Position numbers and translations under genes: made by a program
Assembly (NCBI GenBank): GCA_028876805.1
Contig: JAGWQP010000314.1
Coordinates: 1 to 36,930, forward strand
Reading direction: 5' to 3'
DNA: 36,930 nucleotides
Source: Acidobacteriota bacterium
Lineage (GTDB): Bacteria > Acidobacteriota > Terriglobia > Bryobacterales > Bryobacteraceae
Notes under the pieces: generated by a model
The model's database searches: none
Told to the model about the DNA's origin: nothing
The model's input: only the letters and a program-made list of their open reading frames with translations
Shown here: positions 28,983-36,930 of the stretch, in pieces
Layout of the letters: each line of letters begins with the position of its first letter
How positions within the stretch are numbered: the stretch's first letter is position 1

Positions 28983-29396
28983 ATGCCCGCTAAACTCCCT
29001 TTACGAATCTCGTCGATCATCCTACTGTTGTTCGCTATCGGTCACACGGAGGGATTCCTGTCGTTCCGGCCAACGGAACCTCAGGCGGTCGACGTTCTGA
29101 ATGCCATGCGAAACGTACCTTTCAATTTTGGCGGGAATACGGTCCACTGGATGGATCTCTACACCGGATTTGGTCTGGCGATATCCGTCTCGGGTGTCGT
29201 CTCAGCCGTCCTGGCATGGCGATTGAGTTCTGCCACCAGCGGTGAAGCCCCGCTGGCACGGACAGCGGCGTGGCTTCTGTGCGTGATCCAGGTGGCGAAC
29301 ATCGTTCTCGGTCTCCGTTACTTTGGGCCGGTTCAGGCTGGATTCTCGCTAGCGGCTGCGGCAGTTCTGGCGTGGGGCGCGCTGCGGCTGAGATGA
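28983..29396 (+). CDS. Integral membrane protein, function unknown
   Basis: AGGAG ribosome binding site before ATG 28983. 137 aa with about four hydrophobic helices (ISSIILLLFAIGH, GFGLAISVSGVVSAVLAW, AAWLLCVIQVANIVLGL, GFSLAAAAVLAWGAL). Confidence 0.6.
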   Translation: MPAKLPLRISSIILLLFAIGHTEGFLSFRPTEPQAVDVLNAMRNVPFNFGGNTVHWMDLYTGFGLAISVSGVVSAVLAWRLSSATSGEAPLARTAAWLLCVIQVANIVLGLRYFGPVQAGFSLAAAAVLAWGALRLR

Positions 29397-30129
29397 AGGC
29401 GGTTGCTTATCGGGACCAGGCTCTTTAAACAGGCCGCGCTTCGACATTGCTAAAGGCCCCAGCGGTGCGTGCCGCGTTTGAACAGGTCACGCAGAACGTC
29501 GTCGGCGATGCCCCAGTGGCGTCGAAGCCGACGAGCGCGTTTGGTTCCGGTCGGTTCTGACCGGTCGGTTGCACTAGAAGGACCACCGAAGTGTGGGGGT
29601 AAGAATCGCCTCGGGCCTGTGTCCCAGCCCGGCGCGGCACAACTGAACGTGGCGGGCGCGGTCAACCTGTCCTGGGGTTTCAAGCTCAGTGTGATCTTGT
29701 CGATGATCGGCGCGAGTCCGGTTGAATCCGATCATCACGGGTATCGACCTCAATGGCGCCGGGAATGCCAGCTTTCCTCTGTTTGAACGCTTTCGACCTT
29801 CTTGCAATTGCTTCAACTGTGGTTGCGGGCAAATCGCAGATGGCGGCGGCCGCCGATTCGTTCAACCGTAGTGCCGGCAAAAAAGGCCCTCAACGTTATT
29901 TCAATGCCTTCCAGATCGCGAGCTGACCCGCCCCTGGCTCGGTCGGGCCACCTAGGTCGGCGGGCGTTTTGTCTTCCAATGCCGAAAACCTGCCGCGGCG
30001 GCGCAAAGACCAGAACCCCAGCGGACGTGTGGCATCTGTGTACGCAAGGACGCCGCCTTCCCCGCTCGTCGGGCATTATCGAACGCCCCACAGCCAGCCG
30101 AACACGCAAGCTCGATCCGTCAACCCCTC

Positions 30130-31458
30130 CTAGAACCGCTTGTTCGTCCAATCGCGAATGTAATCGAAAAGATTCTTGACGGTGTTGGAGTATTGGCCTT
30201 TCGTGCGCTCGCAGGCCGTGCAGGGTTCAAAGCCGTGTGGCGCGCCTTCGATGACGATGTAGTCCTTATCCCGGCTCGCCGACTTTTCGAAAATGATCTC
30301 GTCGTCACGGATGAATTGATACGCGCCCATAGCCGCGATCACGACTGGCACAGAAATCGATTCCACGGCGCAGACTGTCGAATTGTTACTGGAGCACGAA
30401 TCAATCCCACTGCGGGAATTGGTCGACCGCGTCGCGTTCGCGCTCAGGAAAGATTTGATGGTGAAGCGTTTCGTCCCAGTGCCGAACGCACTATTGGTAA
30501 CAGCCATCTCCGGCTGCGAGACTGCGACGCTATCGACGATTTGGGTCACGATGCTCCCGTCATTCCTAAGCAGTTTCTCGGGTCGCCCGGTGCTCATCAT
30601 GTCAGCGATTGACGGATCCAGCGCCGCCAGCGCGGCCGAGCCGCCTGGGCCCGCCCCGGGATTGCCTCCGAACGGAATGATGAAGATGTCGTCGTCCGGA
30701 TATGGATAGTCGCCGCTCTCCATGCGCCGCTGTGCGCGAAGCGCGGCATCGATCAGCGCGTTCATCTTCGCGGACTGCGCGGCGAAGTAACGGTCCTGGA
30801 ATTCCACGGAATAATGCGAAGGGCCGTGCGGATCGTAGCCGTTGTTGGGATCAAATGGATCGAGTGCCGGATCGACGCGCCGCCTGCCACCTTCGATCGT
30901 GACTGATGGATTGAGGCTGCGTAGGGCTTGGACCGGATTTCCGGCGTGGGCGTCCGCGAAGACGATTCCGTCGGCTGGTTTGAGGTCGTTCAGAGTGCCG
31001 CCGCATTTCACCAGCTTCTTCGGCGCTTGGCAGTAGGCCGGCCCCTTCTCCGCCACTGCCTGATAGAAGCTCATGAGTGGTCCGCCGCCACTATGGCCGA
31101 AGAGAATCACCCTGGTTATGCCGGGTTGCGCGCGGGCAAAATCTACCGCTGCCTTCACATCGAGCGGTGTTTCCTCCCACCTGACCGATGCCTCATTGTT
31201 CTCGAACCTAGTGTTGAAGCAGAGTGTCAGAAAGCCACGCGCGGACAACTCGCGGCAACCGAGATGGTTTAAATAGTTGGCTGTGCGGTGTGCCAAGAGG
31301 AAGGCCACATGCGGCAACGGACCGCTGTCGGGCTTGTAGAGCGCGGCGCTCAACTGACCCAGCCGGATATATTCGGGATGGCTCTGCGCGAAACCAACGC
31401 CGCCGAAAGCAATCACGGCAGCGACCACCGCCATCCCCGGGTGGCTTGTGCATTTCAT
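30130..31458 (-). CDS. Secreted alpha/beta hydrolase
   Basis: Strong GGAGGTG ribosome binding site before ATG 31458. Signal peptide MKCTSHPGMAVVAAVIAFGGVGFAQS. Nucleophile elbow VILFGHSGGGPLM. The ORF-track start at 31752 is an upstream extension overlapping the next gene. Confidence 0.8.
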   Translation of the reverse strand: MKCTSHPGMAVVAAVIAFGGVGFAQSHPEYIRLGQLSAALYKPDSGPLPHVAFLLAHRTANYLNHLGCRELSARGFLTLCFNTRFENNEASVRWEETPLDVKAAVDFARAQPGITRVILFGHSGGGPLMSFYQAVAEKGPAYCQAPKKLVKCGGTLNDLKPADGIVFADAHAGNPVQALRSLNPSVTIEGGRRRVDPALDPFDPNNGYDPHGPSHYSVEFQDRYFAAQSAKMNALIDAALRAQRRMESGDYPYPDDDIFIIPFGGNPGAGPGGSAALAALDPSIADMMSTGRPEKLLRNDGSIVTQIVDSVAVSQPEMAVTNSAFGTGTKRFTIKSFLSANATRSTNSRSGIDSCSSNNSTVCAVESISVPVVIAAMGAYQFIRDDEIIFEKSASRDKDYIVIEGAPHGFEPCTACERTKGQYSNTVKNLFDYIRDWTNKRF

Positions 31459-31520
31459 ATCACCTCCTCGGGAAGCACTCACCCATCGCGATCTGTTCCG
31501 ACCCCCGTTCTTGGTGCGAA

Positions 31521-32534
31521 TCAAAAAAGCGCCAACGGATTGAGTGGCGATCCGGTTCCTTTCTCGATCCGCAGCGGCGCAGCCATGAATAAAAACTCGT
31601 AACGATTCAGCCGCCTGGACTGCTCGACCGCTCTTTCGAAATCGAGATTGTCGAAAATGCTCACGCCCATCGCGACGAGCGCGAGTCGATGAAGCGGATT
31701 TGTGACCGTCGGCGGAAGGCCCGTGGGCGAGACGTCGTTCGGCCCGTCGCATCCGATAAACGAAACACCGCGTTCTTTGATGAAGTACGCTACATCAGCG
31801 TGATAGCCGGCGAATCCAGTGGTGTTTGGCCAAGGGCCCAGCATGGCGCGCCGCTTCCAACGACCCGTATACAGAAGGATGACATCCCCTGCAGACACCT
31901 TCACGTGCTCCAACTTTTCTAGGGCCTCGAGGTCTTCGCGATGGATAGCCGTTCCCGGCTCCAGCCACCCTTGGGGAGCGGCCTTTCCTGGCAGGCGGGT
32001 CGCATCGAAGAGGACGGCTCGGGTGACAACACCATCCTTCAACGCGTTGATATTCCCTTTTGGGCAACCGCCCGCAGCCTTGATATCATCCATCGACCGG
32101 CCATTGTATCCCTTGCCGTCAACCATGATGTGACAGTCCACCGCATCCAGATGGCTGTGAACCACACCATGATATGTACCTGTGTATTGATACCGATCGG
32201 TGGTGCCTGTCGGGGCCACATTGCCGAGAACGCGCTCCAGAATGTTCGGCGCATCCTCGGCCTTTTCCTGAGCGACATCGTGCGCAAGCGAAATGGTCAG
32301 GCCTTCTTTGGGCAGAGCCATAGCCTGCTTCCGTTTGGCGGGTGTGATCAGATTGGCAGCGCCGAGTTCGTCGTCATCTCCCCATCGACCCCAGTTCGAG
32401 AGATCCTTCAAAGCGCGCTGGTAATCCGCCTCACTCGCGATCGTCGGGCGCGCACCGGCGGGGCCCTGGGCATAGGGGATGGAGACCCCAAAGCTCAACA
32501 CCACGCCAGACAAAGCAATCACCCTGATTCTCAT
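31521..32534 (-). CDS. Secreted cyclase-family (kynurenine formamidase-like fold) protein
   Basis: GGAGG ribosome binding site before ATG 32534. Signal peptide MRIRVIALSGVVLSFGVSIPYAQG. Metal-motif-like YHGVVHSHLDAVDCH. C-terminal FLFMAAPLRIEKGTGSPLNPLALF is typical of the family. Confidence 0.75.
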   Translation of the reverse strand: MRIRVIALSGVVLSFGVSIPYAQGPAGARPTIASEADYQRALKDLSNWGRWGDDDELGAANLITPAKRKQAMALPKEGLTISLAHDVAQEKAEDAPNILERVLGNVAPTGTTDRYQYTGTYHGVVHSHLDAVDCHIMVDGKGYNGRSMDDIKAAGGCPKGNINALKDGVVTRAVLFDATRLPGKAAPQGWLEPGTAIHREDLEALEKLEHVKVSAGDVILLYTGRWKRRAMLGPWPNTTGFAGYHADVAYFIKERGVSFIGCDGPNDVSPTGLPPTVTNPLHRLALVAMGVSIFDNLDFERAVEQSRRLNRYEFLFMAAPLRIEKGTGSPLNPLALF

Positions 32535-33044
32535 GTGTCCTCCACTAAATGGGCGCGTGCCGCGGAACACTCACGCCGTTCTGCAATTCTAACGGACTCG
32601 CACCTCGATTTCAGCCCCGCGGGGAGTCTGTGTCTTTCCCACTAGAGCACCCAACCGATCGCGGTGTGGCTTATAGAACCCGGGATAGCGCCGTGGGTCC
32701 GAGAGCAAGAGTGTGTCCGCGGGTTCAGCGCCCGCACCAGGCTGGTCGGCCTGTTCCACAGCTTGCGCCGCCAGGCGAGAGATACCCCCCCATGCCGGAA
32801 GCGAATGGTGATGGCTGCGGCGCGTGCGCTGACCGGGTAGATTCGTTTCAGATTCTAAAAGATCTAGCAGGTTGTGGTAATTCAACGTATCGCGCTCCAA
32901 ACGTCACTTTCGGAGGTTGTGCCGGTGAACGGCCCAGCAGTATCCACGGGCTTGGTCGCATCCGCGGCCCGCTGATCCTTCTGGTTACTTATGAACCCGT
33001 TGCTATGCTGTTCAGGTAGAGTAGTTGCTCGAAAGGAGACCACC

Positions 33045-33566
33045 ATGCAAAAGATATTGCTCGGAGTTTTAACCGCCTTGCTCGCGCTTTCGGCAGCAGA
33101 CACGAAGCCCGCTTCGGCCACCTATATCACCAACTTGGATGTTCAATCCACCCTGAAGGGGATGCCTCCTAACAGCGTCACAGATAAGCAGGTGCGCGTT
33201 GTCGATGCAGGTAAACAAAATGTTGGCATTGGTGTGGTTCATCGGTCCGCCCAGGCGGCCCAGAACGCCGTTGAACACGATCAGGTGACCGAGGTGTATC
33301 ACATCCTGGCTGGCTCGGGAACCATGGTCACGGCCGGCACACTTGTGAATCCGCAGCGGCGGCCATCCAATGATGCAGCCCTCCGTGAACTGACCGGTCC
33401 GAGCACAACCGGCGCCTCCCTTCAAAAGGGCGAAAGCCGCCACGTCGGACCCGGCGACATCGTCATTATTCCTGCTGGCGTCGGCCACTGGTTCAGCTCG
33501 GTGGATGGGTCGATCGATTACGTGGTAGTTCGCATCGACCCCGACAAGATCGTTCACCTCAAGTAA
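33045..33566 (+). CDS. Secreted cupin-like protein
   Basis: AAAGGAG ribosome binding site before ATG 33045, then a signal peptide. Cupin-like VEHDQVTEVYHILAGSGTMVTAG ... GESRHVGPGDIVIIPAGVGHWF. Confidence 0.75.
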   Translation: MQKILLGVLTALLALSAADTKPASATYITNLDVQSTLKGMPPNSVTDKQVRVVDAGKQNVGIGVVHRSAQAAQNAVEHDQVTEVYHILAGSGTMVTAGTLVNPQRRPSNDAALRELTGPSTTGASLQKGESRHVGPGDIVIIPAGVGHWFSSVDGSIDYVVVRIDPDKIVHLK

Positions 33567-34836
33567 AGGCTCAGTCCTGGCTATGCAGCGTCGGACAGGT
33601 TCGTCATTTCACCAGCGGGTTTGGGCTATCTGCGAGCGGACTACCCCTGTGGTGTCACGCGAAGATAGTGATCTCAAACGTACGCCTCCGGTCGAACAAG
33701 TTTAACTACTTGCCTTTTGAGGAGGCTTGTGGGTGGCCGGATTGACGCCATCGGCCTGTCCGTGGTCATGCCCGAGGGCCCTCGACGAATCCCGGGTCGA
33801 TTGAGTGTTGCACCGGCACCACCAGCAGTACGGAAGCTCTCGGGGAGCTACATCTCGAGTGCCTCCGCCTTTCGGATTCTGGCTGGCGTGTGTCTCTCGT
33901 CCCGGCGCAATGTTCGTCGCACGCGCTCTGCGACCGCGCGACGGTGTCGTTATTCTTGCGAACGCCGGACTGGGGTCTCGGCGCCGGTTCGGAAAAGGCC
34001 GAGAATTCGACAACGTCCGTCACTAAATGCCCGGCGACAATGCCGAAGACATTCACTGGAAAGCCACCAATTGTGGCCTTTGGCGCTCGTGTCGCGCGCG
34101 TACAGCGAGATTCTTGGGACGAGGCCCTCGGTCCGCCTGCGCCGGTGGCGGGCTGTGCCGTCGCTAGGTTCGCCGTGCCTCAAGATCGCTACCCGAAGGC
34201 CATTCTGATGCCCATGCGCGAGCTGATGACCTCGCCCAGTGAGAAGTCGCCATGGAGGAACAGACGAAGCTGGACCCGTTGAGCGACGCACGCTTCTAAT
34301 TTTCTAACAATGGCGTCATTCTGGGCGCCCTGGCCGCAGACTATGCCCGCACGGGTCAGTGACGATTCTGCTCGGCTGGCTGATGCCTCCCGGTTCGGTG
34401 GAAATCCTGGCGACTCTACTCCTGGTGATCATGGAGTTGGCCGGCTTGAGGTCAGGAAGTGATGCCCGGGAGTGTGCGCGGCGCCGAGCTTCATCGCCAG
34501 ATCTGAGCCCCGCCCGTACGGCTGCATGTCCGGCGGCCTTAGGAGCACTCCGCCACGTTTGACAAGTTTTGCATCACGCCAGTTGCAACGACCCCAAGTT
34601 CCAGGCTTGTCCGTCCGTTGATCTTTGACCGGATTCCGGGCCCGGTGAGTTTCATCAGGGAACCGTCGCGAAAAGGCACCGGGAACTACGAAGGACAGAT
34701 TCCGCTCAACGACGAAGGTGACCTTCCATGGCAGGCGTATATGGGCTGCGGCGAATTACCAGTGACGGTCCGATTTCGACGTTCCACGATCTCGTGGTTA
34801 TGGCGAAGTAACGGGTCTCGATTGCAGACGTAGACG

Positions 34837-35499
34837 CTAGCCCTGCTCGTCCTCCCAAGGCTTTCCGGGGCGCCCTGTGACCTGTTCCAGGCTAGCCGGC
34901 TTAGGCCGCCAGGGTTGCCCGAAGTGTTTGTCGATTTCATCGCGATAGCTCATCTGGGGGCCGGGGTAGCCGATCAATTGCCAACCGATCAGGCCGGCGT
35001 TGCCGCCGTGCATAGGGTCGCTGAACATGCCTTCGATGGTGTGCGTGCGCAATAGTTGGAAGAAACGCGATTTCTCAATCGAGCGAAGCTTGGCGTCCTG
35101 ATCGCCCGGCGACAAACTGGCGAAATCGCCAAGAGTCTTGATGCCTGCGCGGTAGATCTCGCGAGGACTTTCTTTGCCCTGGTAACCGTGCTCAGGATAG
35201 GACTCGACGAAAGGTCCCTTGGTGTAGCGATACTTGTCACGGCCGTAGGGGCCGGCGAGTTGGCGGTCAATAAAAATGACGACGTTGGCCTCGGTCGCTC
35301 CGGGACCGCTCGCGTCACTTGGGAAAATACGGGTGCACGCGGCGACGACAACACGGGCTTCCTCGCTGGTGAAGAAGCGCAACGGCACCCTCACAGTACC
35401 GGTCTGAGCCTGCAGGCGCACCGGTTCGCCGACCAAAGTGTACAGCAAGGTGCCGCCTACGGCGGCTGCGGGCACAGTCAGAAATTCTCGGCGTTTCAT
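34837..35499 (-). CDS. Gluconate 2-dehydrogenase subunit 3-family protein (Tat-signal small subunit of a GMC oxidoreductase)
   Basis: MKRREFLTVPAAAVGGTLLY twin-arginine signal. ATGA overlap with the upstream GMC gene. Typical family block FFTSEEARVVVAACTRIFPSD. Confidence 0.8.
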   Translation of the reverse strand: MKRREFLTVPAAAVGGTLLYTLVGEPVRLQAQTGTVRVPLRFFTSEEARVVVAACTRIFPSDASGPGATEANVVIFIDRQLAGPYGRDKYRYTKGPFVESYPEHGYQGKESPREIYRAGIKTLGDFASLSPGDQDAKLRSIEKSRFFQLLRTHTIEGMFSDPMHGGNAGLIGWQLIGYPGPQMSYRDEIDKHFGQPWRPKPASLEQVTGRPGKPWEDEQG

Positions 35500-36930
35500 A
35501 TCAACTTCTCCGGATGCTTGGAGTATCGGTCAATCATCGCCTCCGACGCCCAATAGGTCAGCGCCAGCACGGTCAAAGTCGGATTAGGTGCGGCATTCTG
35601 CGGAAATGCGGATGCACCGATCACGAAGAGGTTCGGCATGTTCCAATGCTGGAGATACCGATTGACAACACTCGTCTCGGGCGATGTTCCCATGATGGCC
35701 CCACCCTGGATATGGGTGGACTGGTAGTTAATCACGTTATATCGGGCACGCGGAGGCACGTTCTCGTCGAATCGCGCACCCATCTCACGCGCGATCTTGT
35801 GTTGGATCTGTACGGCGAACTCGCGCTGCTTGAACTCGTGATCGGTCCAGTTCAGGGTAAACCGCAGCAGCGGATCGCCGAACTTATCAGTGTAAGCGGG
35901 ATCCAGGTCCATATAATTCTGGCGATAAGCCAGATGCTCGCCCGACATGCCAATGCCAGCGGAATGATCCTTCCATTCCAGCGCGGCCTTCTTCCACTCC
36001 GAGCCCCAGTTGGATTTGCTCGCGCCCGGCGGCATGATGCCGAACGACCCGATAGGGCCGTCGCCATTGCTGCTGAGGGCGATCATGCCCACCCGCAAAG
36101 GCCCGTCCTCGTCGCCGGTGAGTCCGACATCGCCGTCGAAATCCGAGATGCGCGAGCCGAGCTCGCCCGCTCCCATAAAGGCGTTGAGTGGCTTGTCGAA
36201 GAAGACACGCGTGTTCACCCCTACCTGGTGCGTAAGGTTGCGGCCCAGCGTGCCGCTGCGCGCGACCGGATCGTAGGGCGTGCCGATTTTCGAGAGTGCC
36301 AGCAGGCGAGTGTTATTCAAGGTGAATGACGCCAGCACCACGGTGGCGGCGGGCTGGAAGAATTCCACGCCGCTCGCGTCGGTGAACTGAATACCGGTGG
36401 CGCTGCCGTCCTTGTGCACGATGCGCCGGACCCAACTCCCCGTGCGCAACTGGAAATTCTTGCGCGTGGCGAGCACCGGGATCAGCGTGTTGGTAGGCTG
36501 CGCTTTGGCGCCGATCATGCAACCGTAGCGCTGGCAATGGCCGCAATAGGCGCATCCGGCCCGCGTGATGCCGTCCGGATTCTTGTACGATTCGCTCAAG
36601 TTGGCGGCGGGCGTAGGATAGGGATGGTAGCCCAGCCTGCGCGCCGCAGCTTCAAACATGCTGCTCGCATAGGAGTGCTTCAACGGAGGCGTGGGGTACT
36701 CCTGCTGGCGCGTTCCTTCGAAGACGTTGCCACCATCGATCTTCTTGCCGCGCAGGTTGCCGGCTTTGCCGCTGATGCCCATCAACTGCTCGGCCTTCCA
36801 GTAGAGCCGTTCGAGGTCGTCGTAAGTGATGCCCCAATCCTGAATGGCGAGGTCATCAGGCAGCTTGGCCGCCCCGTGTTTCTGTATGAGGTGGGTGCGC
36901 AGCGTGAACACATCCGGCAGGAAGCGGAAG
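35496..36930 (-). CDS. GMC-family FAD oxidoreductase; the 5' end lies beyond the window
   Basis: The frame stays open past the GTG at 36911 to the window edge. GMC C-terminal blocks HIQGGAIMG, NLFVIGASAFPQNAAPNPTLTVLALTYWASEAM. The N-terminal FAD-binding GxGxxG region is not in the window. Confidence 0.85.
   Translation of the reverse strand, partial: FRFLPDVFTLRTHLIQKHGAAKLPDDLAIQDWGITYDDLERLYWKAEQLMGISGKAGNLRGKKIDGGNVFEGTRQQEYPTPPLKHSYASSMFEAAARRLGYHPYPTPAANLSESYKNPDGITRAGCAYCGHCQRYGCMIGAKAQPTNTLIPVLATRKNFQLRTGSWVRRIVHKDGSATGIQFTDASGVEFFQPAATVVLASFTLNNTRLLALSKIGTPYDPVARSGTLGRNLTHQVGVNTRVFFDKPLNAFMGAGELGSRISDFDGDVGLTGDEDGPLRVGMIALSSNGDGPIGSFGIMPPGASKSNWGSEWKKAALEWKDHSAGIGMSGEHLAYRQNYMDLDPAYTDKFGDPLLRFTLNWTDHEFKQREFAVQIQHKIAREMGARFDENVPPRARYNVINYQSTHIQGGAIMGTSPETSVVNRYLQHWNMPNLFVIGASAFPQNAAPNPTLTVLALTYWASEAMIDRYSKHPEKLI

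Noticed and set aside
34459-34476. The minus-strand translation ..LAMKLGAAHTPGHH.. resembles the HTPGH motif of MBL-fold hydrolases, suggesting a decayed MBL gene
   Set aside because: It is a single 5-residue motif. The upstream HxHxDH motif could not be found in any frame and the flanking similarity is unconvincing.

Overview
GC-rich chromosomal segment whose gene families suggest Acidobacteriota (Solibacter/Bryobacter-like); that placement is inference only, since no search was possible. I support about 25 intact protein genes. Housekeeping and central metabolism: smc, a crotonase, GTP-dependent PEP carboxykinase, and an E. coli-type four-subunit fumarate reductase frdABCD transcribed divergently from pckG. 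Also present is a sulfite dehydrogenase pair (sorAB-like). An unusually large share of the enzymes carry Sec or Tat export signals: VOC/glyoxalase, MmgE/PrpD-family, CapA-like, MBL-fold, a PHM/DBH-like copper-monooxygenase-like protein, alpha/beta hydrolase, cyclase, cupins, and a GMC oxidoreductase with its small Tat subunit. Several gene relics lie between them: a TonB-dependent receptor remnant, a frameshifted cupin, a likely sigma-54 activator remnant, and a beta-propeller gene cut by one in-frame TAA. I found no rRNA, intact tRNA, CRISPR array, transposase, integrase or recognisable defence module. I did not find a convincing new multi-gene system. The best candidate for uncharacterised biology is the co-oriented cluster at 14515-19911 (sorA, sorB, exported MBL-fold protein, CxxCH plus copper-monooxygenase-like protein, secreted partner). 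All family calls come from motif recognition by eye and need HMM/BLAST confirmation.
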